A DNA stretch of 64,000 nt from the human T2T-CHM13v2.0 reference genome, Homo sapiens: NCBI RefSeq assembly GCF_009914755.1, contig NC_060934.1; one strand, given 5' to 3'. The notes under the pieces were generated by a model. The model did no database searches. It saw only the letters and a list, made by a program, of their open reading frames with translations, and was not told where the DNA came from. Each line of letters begins with the position of its first letter. Positions within the stretch are counted from its first letter, which is position 1. A program made the position numbers and the translations under genes. This document shows, piece after piece, positions 17,228 through 30,753 of this stretch.

Positions 17228-17636
17228 TTTTATGGGCTGAACTGTGTTCTCCCCCAAATTTTTATGTGAAGTCTTAACCGCCGGTACCTCAGAATGTGAC
17301 TGTATTTTGAAATATGGTCTTTAAAGAAGTAATTAAGTTAAAATTAGGTCATTGGGGTGAGTTCTGATCCAATAGGACTGGTGTCCTTACAAGAAGAGGA
17401 AATTTGGGCCAACTTTTCCACAGGAGGGAAAATCATGTGAAGACAGAGGGAAAAGACAGAGATCTGCAAGCCAAGAAGAGAGGCCTGAAACAGATCCTTC
17501 CCTCAGTACCCTTGGGAGGAACCAACCCTCCCAGACTTTCATCTCAGACTTCTAGCCACCAGAACTGTGAGAAGCTCTGTTGTTTAAGACACTGGGTCTG
17601 TGATACTTGATTACAGCATTCCTAGAAAATTAACAC
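17228..17636 (+). mobile_element. MaLR solo LTR (MLT1B/C-like)
   Basis: tatgggctgaactgtgtt...acctcagaatgtgactgtattt...gacttctagccaccagaactgtgaga. Confidence 0.8.
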
Positions 17637-18094
17637 AATAGCCCACCTTGAAGAAAAACAGGCACAATATATCAGATATCCCTTAGCTGAAGGCCCCCGG
17701 CTGCCCTTCTTGAATCTTAAGTTTTTCTTGTCCATTTAAGGGGGGGAAAAAAGCATCCCGCCATTATTTCAGGAATACATAGACATATATATGTAATACC
17801 CAGTATCTCCTCTAAAGGTTTTCGGCCAATATCCTTCCCCTCTCCAACCACCTTCTCTACCCCACCACCAACATACAGGCATGTTAGATCTGCTCTGCCA
17901 GAGTGGTAACTTCTCTCCGTCTTTAACTTAGACATGCATTTGAGGATCAATGCCAATGAAAGCCCAGCTTAAAGCAAAGAGGAAGCCTGAACACTAGCCA
18001 GCTAATTTGAGCAGTCTGACTTATAGAGTCCATCTCCAAATGGAGTGTTCAGGGGTTGATACCACTAAGGGCAGGAAACCACCTATTTCCTTAG

Positions 18095-18340
18095 TGACAG
18101 TATACCATAGTGGTTAAGCGCCCTGGCTCCAGAGCCAAAATGTCTGTCTTCAAGGCTTGGCTCACCTATTACTTGCTAAGTTGTACATTGCCTTAGTTTC
18201 TTCATCTGTAAAATGGGAATGTTAATCATTAGCATTATTCAATGGATTCCATTTGAGGATTACATGAGTAAAGATATTTCATGCCCTGAATACAGCATCT
18301 GACCTAGAGCATGTCCTCAAGAAGTGTTAACTAGTCTTAT
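18095..18340 (+). mobile_element. MIR
   Basis: atagtggttaagcg...ttagtttcttcatctgtaaaatggg. Confidence 0.7.
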
Positions 18341-19014
18341 GGTTATCATCCTTTATACTTTGCTTAGGACCCACTCATGTATTACTAGCTCTGATTATGG
18401 TGAAAGGAGGCAGGAAAGGGAGAGCAGTTCAATAATAAAGATATAGAGCTACTGCTATTATTTCTACTACTGCTACTATTAATACTACTACTATTGCTGC
18501 TACTAGTGCTATTACCATTGTTGTTACTATGATGAATAGCTGCCATGAGTCCAACACTTCCAAATGTTGGTGCACTAAAACTTTTACCTACATTTTATGA
18601 TTTGCTACTCACAAGAACACCTGTAGGTAATTTCTGTTATTATCGGGCTCTGTGTATACATGGGAAACAAAATAGATAAGTAACATGCTCAGGTGGCACA
18701 GCCAGTGAGAGGAGAGGCAAAGCCTTAACAAAAAGGTCTACTTGGCTGAAGGCCAGTGCTGCAGGGTGCCCACCTCATACCCTCCCACTTTAAGGAGGCA
18801 GCCATATCTTGTTCATTCTCCATCAAAACACCCCAAGTTGCAGTGTTCTAAGCAGCCAAGAAAGGGAAACCAGCATCGCAGGCATTTACAAAATGCACCA
18901 CTTATGTGAATGATTAGCAGAAATTCACCCCATAACCCTTGCATCTCAGCTCACCCTCCAGTGTCCACAGCTAGAAATTCAGTGTGCCTAAAGTCTAATA
19001 AGGAACACAGGCAT

Positions 19015-19304
19015 GGCCAAGTATGGTGGCTCATGCCTGTAATCTCAGCATTTTGGAGGGCTGAGGTGGGCAGATCACCTGAGCTCAGGAGTTTGAGACC
19101 GGCCTAGGCAACATGGTAAAACCCCATCTCTACAAAAAATATAAAAATTAGCCAGGCAGATGGTGCACGCCTGCAGTCCCAGGTACTCAGGAGGCTGAGG
19201 CACGAGAATTACTTGAACCCAGGAGGTTGAGGCTGCCAGTGAGCCGAGATCACACTACTGCACTCCAGCCCAGCAACAGGGCCAGACCCTGTCTAAAAAA
19301 AAAA
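19015..19304 (+). mobile_element. Alu (AluJ/S), inserted at the Tigger1 left terminus
   Basis: Full dimer; approximate TSD gaaca(c/t)aggcat includes the first bases of the Tigger1 TIR. Confidence 0.94.
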
Positions 19305-19315
19305 GAAGAAGAACA

Positions 19316-19375
19316 TAGGCATACCTCATGTTATTCAACTTTGCTGTATTGCACTTTGCAGATATTATGGTTTTG

Positions 19376-19409
<34 letters not shown>

Positions 19410-20721
19410 TGAAGGTTTATTTTTCCATTGCTAGAGCACAGGCAGAGTAGATTTCACATAATTCTTAATGCCTATGGGATTTTCAGAATGTTAAATGAGC
19501 TTTGACTTCAACTTAAAGTCACCAGCTGCATTAGTTCCAACAAGAATCAGCCTGTCCTTTGAAGCTTTGAAGTCAGGCATTTACATCTGTTTACAGCATG
19601 ATCTACTGAATATTTTAATCCTGCTGTTGAGACCTACTGCTCAGAGAAAAAGATTTCTTTCAAGATGTTACTGCTCACTGATAACGCACCCAATTATTCA
19701 AGAGCTCTGATGGAGATGTATAAGATGAATGTTGTTTCCATACCTGCTAGAACAACTACCATTCTGTAGCCCATGGATCAAGGGGTAATTTTGACTTTCA
19801 AGACTTATTACTTAAGAAATATATTTAATAAGCTATCACTGCCATAGTGATTCCTTTGATGAATCTGGGCAAAATAAATTGAAAAACTTCTGAAAAAGAA
19901 TCGCCATTCTAGATGCTAATAAGAACATTCGTGATTCATGGGAGGAGGTGAAAATATCAACAGGAGTTTGGAAGAAGTGAATTCCAACCCTCATGGATGA
20001 CTTTGAGGGCTTTAAGACTTCAGTGGAGGAAGTAACAGCAGATGTGGTGGAAAAAGTAAGAGAAATAGAATTAGAAGTGGAGCCTGAACATGTGACTGAA
20101 TTGCTGCAAACTCATGATCAAACTTGAACATATGAGGAGTTGCTTCTTACGGGTTAGCAAAGAAAGTGGTCTCTTGAGATGGAAGCTACTCCTAGTGAAG
20201 ATTCTGTGAGCATTGTTGAAATGACAACAAAGGATTTAGAATAGTACATAAACTTAGTTGATGAAGCAGCAGCAGAGTATGAAAGGATTGACTCCAATTT
20301 TGAAAGAAGTTCTACTCTGGGTAAAATGCTATCCAACAGCATCACATGCTACAGAGAAATCTTTTGTCAAAGGAAGAGTCAGTCGATGCAGCAATCTTCA
20401 TTGTTGTCTTATTTTAAGAAATTGTCGCAGCCACCACAATCTTCAGCTACCACCCCCCGATCAGACAGCAGCCACCAACACTGAGGCAAGACCCTCTACC
20501 AGAAAGAAGATTAAAACTCACTGATGACTCAGATGATTACTAGCATTTTTAGGAGTAAATTATTTTAATGAAGGTATGTACACACTTAATAGACTACAGA
20601 AGAGTGTAAACCTAACTTTTATATGCACTAGAAAAAAAATGTGTGTTACTTGCTTTATTGCGATATTCACTTTGTTGTGGTGGTCTGGAACTGAGCCTGC
20701 AATATCTCTGAGGTGTGCCTG
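19316..20721 (+). mobile_element. Tigger1 (TcMar-Tigger) DNA transposon, internally deleted and rearranged, transposase decayed
   Basis: Termini (t)aggcatacctc and ctgaggtgtgcctg; ORFs 19495..19710, 20154..20345, 20258..20524 are Tigger-derived fragments. Confidence 0.9.
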
Positions 20722-21993
20722 CAAAAGATCTTTGTTTTGAGGATTCGCAGAGCAAGAAATGCCACTTGGCATCAATTAATCTCAGGAAGTGAACTAAATG
20801 CCCTGCTACAACAGGAACAGAAAAAGCTCGCCTTGAAGACAACAGCCTAAAGCAAAACCACAAATCCCTTTTCTAGCAAACCTGCTGTGAGGAAGCTGAT
20901 ATCATATTTTAAAGTGCACAATTTCCCTTACAGGCAAAGACAGCAAATCCCAGTTCCTTCGGTGGCACTGGGTTCAACGCTGGACTTCAGAAATTTACAT
21001 GAAAGTACAAAAAACCAGCCAAACACACAAAAATGTTATGAAAAAGGAAAGTTACAAAATGGCTAGAAAATTGCATTCTTTTCTCTGCTTGATTTTCGAG
21101 ACCTCATGTCTTATCACACGATAAGGCCTTTTCTGTCATTATGAGCATCCCATCCAAATTAAGGGCATCCTACAGTGGTCTCCCTGGGAGATGAGAGGCT
21201 TGATTAAAAGGAGGTGAATTTCTCATCCCTCCACAGACCTTTTATCCGAGCTGCAAATACTGACTTTATTGAGCATCTATTATGTAAGGCACCATGATGG
21301 GGCTAACAAGACATTTCTCAGACTTCACAGTTTGGCTCAAGTGTTCCTCATAAAGCCATCATCCTGAACAGCCAGAGAGACTGAAGTTATTTTCCCTTCC
21401 TGGGAACTTCTAGAGATGCTCCTTCGGCAATAATAATTTCCATGTCTGTTTTATCCATTAGATGGTGAACTATTTAGGGGCAGGGATCTATTTTGCTCTT
21501 CCATGTATTTCCAGAATCCAGCAGAGGATGCAATCAAACTAACTAAAGGAACTGATGAATCATCTCTAGTCCCCAAACACTCTTCAAGCAGTCAACAGAG
21601 ACTCAGCAAACCTTTCGTGGAGATCCAAAACGTGTGCAGTGAGAACCCATTTACCTCTGATATCTTGCAACAATTTGTTTTTGAACAATCAGGGTTCTTG
21701 CATCATTTTTCATTTACAGGGACTGCGTATGAATTAGGACACAGAGCATTTGCTATAAAAAGGGCATTGTGATGTGAAGGACAACCCTAAATTATGTCTC
21801 TAACCAGTCAAGGCTGCCTGAAGTTCGCCTGGAGCCAGCTGCTGTAACTAATCAGCAGGGAGGACTCATGTCAGTGGTCAGACAGATGTTCTTAATTAAG
21901 CAACTATTTGGTTCTCCAGTGCAAAGTCTGAACACTTCTTAGAGATGGGCCCCCATCACTTCAAGCTCCTCTCACTGTTCTGATTCTTCAAAA

Positions 21994-22180
21994 GAGTGGT
22001 TCTCAAACTGTGGCCCAGACCAGCCGCATCAGCATCACCTGGAAGTTTAACAGAAATGCAAATTTCCAATCCCCAGGCCAGATCTGCTGAATTAGACTGT
22101 GTAGGGCTGTGGACCAGCAAGCTATATCTTAACAAAGCCCTCCAGGTGATTCCGACACCTGCTAAAGTATAAGAACCACC
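21994..22180. mobile_element. MER5A
   Basis: agtggttctcaaact...cagcatcacctgg...aacaaagccctccaggtgatt...agaaccac. Confidence 0.8.
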
Positions 22181-23787
22181 ACTATAAAGTTTTGCCCAGA
22201 TGGAGAATCTATATGGCTTCAGTAAATCCTACCCAAGTTAGCAATTGTCAACAACACACAGATTATAAGGCTGTAGTTCTATTCAGCAAAGCCAGGACTA
22301 CAGCTAGACAAGAGGGTGCCTAGGGTGCAAAATTGAAGGAGGCGCCTCACATTCTGGGTGCCTACTCTGATTCTCTGTGACTCTGTGGAACTCGAGGCAT
22401 TGTGTCAACACTTGATTCTTGATGGGGATTTACTGACTAGATGCTGCACTAATGACTCTCTCTTGCTGACTTCTCTTCCCATGAGCTAATCAGCAAATAA
22501 ATTTAAACAAGCAAATTAAATACTAGTCCTCGCAAAGTGCAATACTTACAATTCAGTGTTCTACCCTTCTTTAACAACATGGTATCTAGTCACTAAGACC
22601 TTGAGCACAATGTTCAAGAATATCAGGCCACACGGGTCTGTCTGAGCCTGTATCAGACACAGAAGGCTGGATTAGGCCTTAGGTGGTCTCCTCAAAAGGA
22701 ATCATAGTTGGGTGTTCAGCACCATAAATGGTTCCAACTGGATCTGCCTCATTCTTGGGTGCCTTGGCTCCTGGGTGATTACTATTTCTTGATACTTCCT
22801 GAGGCTTTGCAGAGCAAATCCTGGCTCCTGCCTTAACACATCCTTCAACAGGGCTTCCACTCTTCTGATAATGATCATCACCCCCGAGACACCACTGCCC
22901 ACCACCCTCTCCCCATCTCCCACTTGACGGCCATCCCTGGAGCCACACTGACAAAACTCTCAGGCCAGGCTGTAGCCACCCTGGCAGAACTAGGGTCCTT
23001 TTCAATTTCTCTGCATCTATCTACTTGCATTATTTTCCCTGCTGCCACCTAAGATGTTATCTAGTGTTAGGCAGCCAGCATTCTCAGAAGAAGGAAATGG
23101 TTGCCTTTATGTTTGGGAGACAGCCTGGGAGAACCAACACGTTCATCAGTCCTACAGGAGGTTGTACAAGATGCTCTTGACACAAGAGGGCAAGGTCATG
23201 ACCATCTGCTGAGCATGAACTTGTCCAGGGACCTGTGTGGTCCACCCAAGCCTCAGTACCATGACACCAACTACTTTTTTCTTCTCCAGTCCTGGGGGAG
23301 GCCTGTCATATGCTATCAGTTTGTGCATTAAGAGATGAATTTACTTAGCTAAGCTGTCCCTGCCTTCCTTCTTTCTTTTGCCCAGTGGAAGGAATTGTGA
23401 GGGTGACTTGGCTCAGTCCATTTTGCCATTTTCTATTACTAAAATCTTTCATGCTAGCAGGCTCTGATGTGAGAAGTCCTAACAAAATGACCCCACGAAA
23501 GGTTTGAGTCAAAAGAGAGGTGATGAGACTTAACAAGTAGATGAGTTTATTTCACTTAATGACCAGGAGATGCCCAAGAGGATAATCTGTTTTCCTCAAA
23601 TCATATTTTGCCTCCCATTCAGGAAACTAATGTCTAATATTTTCTGGGTCTCCTGACATGAAACTCTCCTCAAAATGTTCAATTTCTTTTTTCTGGGTGT
23701 TGTCAATTATCCTTGCCAGCCCAGCTGGGTGCTATCTGTGTAAACTGTCCACCTGATACATCCTATGTAAATCCTAACTTTCACTGA

Positions 23788-23979
23788 AGTTTTCATTGAA
23801 AGTTTATAGGGTTGGTAAGGCCCCCAAATTAAGAACTCTTGACCTAGCTATTTAGAGACAAAGTCTGTGCTCCCCAGGACTTTACAAATGAGGAAAGATG
23901 TAGCTATCCTTACAAGGCACCACCCCACTAAGTAGGGAGAATTGGGCCACGGGTGCTTGATGATTTTAGAGGAAAACTA
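23788..23979. repeat. Copy 1 of a ~192-bp dispersed direct duplication
   Basis: Near-identical to 25247-25439; about 12 differences by manual alignment. Confidence 0.95.
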
Positions 23980-25246
23980 GGATGATTTTAGAGGAAAACT
24001 CTAGGTCTCAGGACTGATGTCAGGAATTACGTGTGTCCTTGGGAAAACTATGTATCCCAGTCCTGGTCTACTATTCTACAGCAGACCCTGAATGGCTTAG
24101 CACACAAACGGCCTTGGCAGAGGCTGGGGTTGAGTGGGCCTTCTATTTCACACCTCTGTGCTTATGTAGTGTGTGTCTCAGAAATCTCCTGATGGAGGAC
24201 TCCCAACCCTTCTCTCTGCTGCCACCAGTGATTCCCCCAAAACACAAGTTAGGTTACCGCCTCCTCGAAAACCTTCAGGGGTTCCCTAATGCCTATGACA
24301 AGCAAAACCTTCATGACTGGGTGCCAGAATACTCTTACATTCTCCACTCCATCTAGGCCACTCCAAAGACCCCTGGCTATAGCCACACCCAGGCATTTAC
24401 TGTGGTCTGAGCACTGTCCCTATGTCTTCCATCATCCTAATTAGGGAAAACTTACCTAGATTTACCAGACTTTACATTTCTGTACCTCAACATACTCACC
24501 TGTAAAATGGGGGCAAGAGTAATAACTACTTATAGAGTTGTAGTTAGGACTCAGTGAGTTACAGGCATCCAGTCTCGGTAAACCTAGACAAGTAATATTA
24601 TTAGTTGAGCATTCTCCTCATGGTATGGAACTAGGTTCAATAAGACCTCCTCCTAAACCAGGCTCAGCCTCCCAAACCAGAGGTAATGACAGCTCTTTCT
24701 ATTCTCACAGCCCATGCTAGTGGAACCCCCAGCTTGTTCTTACCCAATTCTGTGTTTTTATGTGCTTGTCTTCTCCTCTGCTAAACTATAAGCATTTTGA
24801 AGGCAGGGATCTAATCTAATCTATTAGACTGTGTGGAAGTTCTTTAAGGGATCTAAAGTCATTTGGGTGCTAGACTTTAGATTCCTTAAAGAACTTCCAT
24901 GACAACTTGCACACAGTAGGCTCTCGCTAAATATTTGCTGGATGGGAGCTAATCTGAGAAAAAGATTAAAAGCAGGCAGCCGAAGTGCACAGACTTTTTG
25001 GATTCCATGTGAGGATTCAGTGTGAGAACCCAGGTGTTTACTCCATACCACCTACCCATTGGAGAAATCTCATCAACCAAAAAGCATTTGTACGTGCAAC
25101 TATGTGGAGGTGGCTCTGGAATAAACTGAATGTGATTGTAACCAGGGATCCTGAATGGAGATTTCAGGAATCCATTAACCTGCTTCAACTGTGGTAAAAG
25201 GGGATCAAGTGTACTTTTTATTTTTTCCTAGAAAGACTTCCTAGAG

Positions 25247-25439
25247 AGTTTTCATTGAAGGTTCATAGGGTTGGTAAGGCCCCCAAATTAAGAACTCTTG
25301 ACTTAGCTATTTAGAGACAAACTTTGTGCCCCCCTAGGACTTTACAAATGAGGAAAGACGTGGCTATCCTTACAAGGCACCACCCCACTAAGTAGGGAGA
25401 ATTGGGCAACGGGTGCTTGGTAATTTTAGAGGAAAACTA
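25247..25439. repeat. Copy 2 of the ~192-bp dispersed direct duplication
   Basis: Near-identical to 23788-23979. Confidence 0.95.
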
Positions 25440-27993
25440 CGGGAGGCTCCTTCAATAATTCCACAGTAAGAGACCGGGAAGGAAGGGAAATAACAGGCAG
25501 AGAGAGCCGGGGACTTGGAAGCCTCCATGGCTCACACCTCCTCTGCGGGTGTGGAGCCAAATTTATCCATCATTACACGTGTGTCCTCAGCCTGGGGCCC
25601 AGACACTCGCCATTCAGCTCTATCTGGACATGAGGGTTGTTTTCTGTTGAGGTGACTCAAAAACATACTACCTCAGGATCCAGATATACAAAACAAGGCT
25701 GTTCACCTAATGATCGTGCAGAGTTAAGTGACACTTAAACACTAGGGTAAGCCTGATACAAGAACAAAGGGAAGGAAAAGACCATTAGTGCAGAGTCCCC
25801 GTTGCATCTCCTGCTGGCAGATGATTTGGAAGGAGCCTTCACGCAGGAGTCTGTTTTATTTGCAGAAGCCACAGTGGTAAATTACAGCCCATCCTAGCCC
25901 ATTCTGGGTTCTCCAGTTCCTCTTGGAGCTATTCCTGTCACTGCCCATAGGCCACTAAAACCTGCCCGCATTCAGAATGATTGATTCTGCTCAAACTGCA
26001 AGTCACAAACTCATGTCGAAAAATCCACTTCAAATAAGTCATTAGCTTCCTTTATGGATTTTTCAGGTCATGAGGAATAGGACCTGAAAGTCCCATTTAC
26101 TGGAGAGTAGAAAGCAGGTGTCGGAAGAGGCGGGGGCAACTGGAAAAGCCACAGGGAGCTGGGAGAGCCCTTGTTTTCTGCCAATCAACAAAGGGGGTTT
26201 AGCAAAAATGGACCCATGACTTCATTGCCAGTGCCAGATATTCAAATGTAAAACAAAGGGCCCTGAGGTCTTTCTGTAAACTGGAAGTCAAGGGATATGG
26301 AGAGAGGGCTCAGGAGGGGTCCATCTTTGCTCCCAGGTCAGATGGAGAATGTGGAGCACCTGGGACATAGAAAGACGTGGTAAGGGAGGAGTGTCTAAGA
26401 CTTTCTCACTTGTCATGGGATGGCCCATTCCAGCTGGGCTGCGAAGGGAGACCATGGTGGGCTGGTGGGATAAGACATCCCAGCGACAGGAACTGAGGCC
26501 TTAGCAGCAGCCCAAAGGCAACCAACATGAGAAGCCCGAGTTCTGTAGCTTGGCAAGTTTCCACTCACCACCTGACCCACGTTTAGCAATTTTGATGTAC
26601 CATGAAACAGACAGCTCCAGCCCAGGATGACTGCCTCCCTCAGCCCCTCTCCAGCAACGAATGAAAGCAAGATCCACTTTGAAAATTCTCCCCCATCATG
26701 CAAACTGACACAGGCATGCTTTTCAAAAACCCACAGCCAATCTGTTGATCATTACTTATTTACAAAGGCCTTCGGGCAGAAAGTCCTGTAAAAACCATAC
26801 TTGATACGATATACACTAGCTTTTTCTGCTTGTGGAAAAAAAGTCCCCCCAAGGCTACCTCAAACCATCACTTTCTATTGCACATAAAATGTAGCGTGTA
26901 ACACTAAAGTATTTAATATATATGGTATAATATATCTACAGGAAAGGCATTTGTGTAGAAGTATGTTACCCTGGATTTGGTAATTTGATGTTTTGCTGAA
27001 GGCTACGACTTAAAAAAGCCTCCACCTCATACAGAAGACCTGTCATCTTGGTACCCAAGAGCCAACAGAATAAAGAAGTACCCTTAAGCAGCAAAACTTT
27101 GACACAGCTTTGAAGCATATGAAAACAGTATAACTCCTCAGAATTATTATTACTCAAGATCAAAGAAATGAGCCATACTTTACATAGCAAACAGGGACAG
27201 GGAATTTGGCTCCAAAGGTTTCAGATTTTTCAGACTTCTCTTTATTTATTTATTTGCTTCTCTAAATTTAGGTGAAGGAAAGTGGCTGGGCTTTTCTCTA
27301 CTTTAAATGGGAATAACTATTAGAATTAGATAAGGTGATTACCTAAAGGTGAGTAAATAGGAAATGAATGCTAGCATGACACTGGCATCATAAAAACGAA
27401 AAGCTTGGCAGTTGGCACATTTTATTCCTCCTCATAAACTGTAAACAAGCATGCAAATCAGCCAAACCCAAGGAAGGCTGGGTGAAGTGGAAGGCAGAGA
27501 ACTTTTAAGGAAACATTTAACAGGAATAGATGGTGATATGGAAAAGGAGTTGGGCAGGGTGAGTCTTCCACGGAAAACCTGTGTCCTCAACCACATGAAG
27601 AAAGACTGCCCTTGCCTATTTTCCAGAAAGGTGGATGTGGAGGGCCAGGAACATGCAAATGTTATTGAATATGGGGAGTGGAAATCACCACTATTCTATT
27701 TCAAAAATCAAAGCCGGTGGCCATGAAAAGACAAAACTAATGTCAAGATGGCAGGCATTTCCAGAGCAGAAACCACATAGGGTGAGCAGTGCAAATCTGA
27801 AATCACTCCTGTTTCATTTGGGTGGTAGAGAGTCAGGATGTCGGAGGAAAAAAATGCTGGGATTGGCAGATGAATTGAAGACAAAAAGGGGAGATAAAAG
27901 ACAGATAGGCCAAGAAGAAGAAACTGCAGAACGCTGTTGAAATTTGACTTCACTTGCTATTTACCAGAGGAAGCCATAGTCAAGAAAGAAGTG

Positions 27994-28102
27994 AGGGAGA
28001 AAGAGAGAGAAGGAGGAAGGGAGGGAGGGAGGGGGAAGAAGGGAAGGAAGGAAGGAGGGAAGGAAGGAAGGAAGGAAGGAAGGAAGGGAGGAAAGGAGGG
28101 AA
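27994..28102. repeat. (GGAA)n/(GGGA)n polypurine tract
   Basis: About 110 bp of purines only, including 7 consecutive GGAA units. Confidence 0.95.
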
Positions 28103-28729
28103 CATGTACATGCATGCTGTATTTCATAATTAATATTGCTTTTAGCCTGAGCAGAACTGGATTACTTTTGAACTTTGCTTTGGCAAGTCCACAGATTATT
28201 AGACTTTTTCTTATCAGTCAAAATCAATTAACAGAAATTTGATTTCAATCGACAGGATAAAAGGAAGGTAATCTTCAGGTTCATTTTTGATTGTGATGAT
28301 ACATCTCACATATGGCCTTAAGTACAGAAAACAGTCCTCGGAGGGACTCCAGCAGAAAGAGACTGCCGCAGGCAAACTAACCACACGAGTTTCTCTGATT
28401 GGTTACCGCCATCATTAGTGCCACTGCTGTTTAGGAACTACACACAGACAGGACATGGTGACAGCTAAGACTTTAAAGCCTATGTATTTTTCAAACAGCT
28501 TTTCAAACTGTTTTTCATGACAGAATTTTTTCAGCTCTATCATTAACTGCTGACAAGCTGACAGAATAAATACTCCAGCCTTTAAGAAGCCATCTAACGA
28601 TCTCGCTCCCCTCCCCCACCCCGGGCTTGCTGGGGAGGGGAGACTCTGGGCCTGGCAGGGTGAGGAGAGGGCGAGGGGAGGAAGAGAAGGGCTAAGAGGG
28701 AAACCGTGGGCAACCAGCCCCTCTCCTTA

Positions 28730-28849
<120 letters not shown>

Positions 28850-30721
28850 TTATGAACAGTTTGAGGGCAGACTGTGCAATACAGGCAAAATATCAAAGGA
28901 CACACACTCAAGGCTCAGTCACTCACTAGGAATTCATGGCTGTCTTTTAGGACCCAATGACAAAGACCAAATGTGTTAGTCAAAGAGGCCGGCTTAGAGA
29001 AGGTGAAGGCAACACCTCTTTACACTCCAGCCTTTGAACATACACTTTAAACAGACTAAAACAGTTTGTAAACACCCTGCCATAAGAAAAAAAAAAAAAA
29101 AAAGAAGTCATGATTTATCTGTATACCAAAAAAAATACTTATCATTATTCTTAGAGTTAATTTTGGTTACTTTGCTTTGCCCAGTAATAGACTGCGTTTT
29201 GTTGTAACCAAAATCAGAAATAAAGTTGTATTTGAAATGTCAGCATAACTGCCAGCCTGCTGCTTCTCCAGATGAACCAACTTAGCTGGTTCCTAACCCC
29301 TGCATACCAGAGAAAGAGCGTTGAAAAGAGGCAAGGATTCAAGGCCTTGACAGCCAATGTTTCAATCAGATCGGGGCACATTGGTGCATGCTGGCTCAAT
29401 AATCCCCAGCCCAACTCAGCTCTTATCCCTCCAACTGCCAGGAGGGAGGGCTTGTGGGGCTGTGCCAACGGGGTCCTTTTTCAACCCATGAAGACAGGAG
29501 CACCGGGGCTGGTGAGGTTGGAGGAGAGCCCCGGAATGAAGGAGGAGGTTGCCATTGAATGAAATCTCTGATGATGCAGCAGCGGGGCAGGGATGGAGGG
29601 CAGCACAGGGGATTGGAAACCAAAAGCTGTTTTCCAAATGTCTAAACCACACAGATTGCTAAGCAATGTGAAGCTTCACTTAGAAACACCACAGCACACT
29701 CTACTGCTCTTGCCCAAAGACACCCACTAATAAGCTTTGCAGATGTATTAGCCTGCATCATGCTTCTTTTTAAGAGAACTGCTTGATAATTAGCAGATGC
29801 AAACCCAGCCTGTCACCCAGGGGCATCAGCGGCAAAATTCTAGTCCTCCTCTCCCCACCCCCACAATTCAGGCTAAAGCTGTAATATCAAGAAGGAAAAA
29901 TAAGATCTTTGGATTCTTATAGTTGACTGCAACACAGACTAGGAGGAAAGCACCCTGAAACTCAGAATGCACAGCAGTTACCTTAAAGCTAAGAAGAGAA
30001 ATATTAGCAGTGATGACATCAAAAGAGACTTGATATATGTTAATGGTGTAGGAGTCTTAGATGGGGGAGAAAGTGCCATGTCAGCTACTTGGTATTATCC
30101 AGGAAGACCCATATTAGAGCATGCATTATATGGTACTTCCCTGAAAACGCTAAATAAATTTAGTAGGTTATGATACATGCTTCCAAAGCTATTTTAATAA
30201 TCCAACTACCCTCCAAACCTGCTTCAAAGTATTACACATTTTACACTCTCCTATTCTGCTGTCAGTTTGGGCTTGTCTAAACCCTGGCTGATGCAGGAAA
30301 AGGGAATGACTGTGGTGTAAGGTGAGAGTGAGACCAGAAGAGATGAAGGCAAGAAAGCACCTGCAAACACCCACAGCCGACCCCCTGTACCACCTGCTTC
30401 CTCTGACACCCACCAGGGCCCAAGCTCAGGCCGAGACTGTATCAGTCATTTAGAGCTCCAGGCAGAGACTATGTGGCTGGGATGATATCGCATCTTATCA
30501 GAAATGAGTATCCAAAGCAAATCACACAGAGACTAAACAGCACTTAAAAGATTAAAGGAAATAAATACAAGCCACATAAATGGTATTGAAAAAATCACTT
30601 AGAGTTGATATGCATCTCTCGGCAAGCAAACAGGCACTCTGAGCTTGACCTGAATTCATCTTCCTTTCACAGGATAGGGGACCAGGCATCTGAGGCAATA
30701 ATGGGGTAGAAAGGCAGCGAG

Positions 30722-30753
30722 GGTGTGTGGGTGTGTGTGTGTGTGTGTGTGTG
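30722..30753. repeat. (TG)n microsatellite, read as (CA)n in the pre-mRNA
   Basis: Direct observation. Confidence 0.9.

Noticed and set aside
19495-20863. Possible domesticated transposase ORFs
   Set aside because: Fragmented by stops, deletion and inversion; a decayed Tigger1
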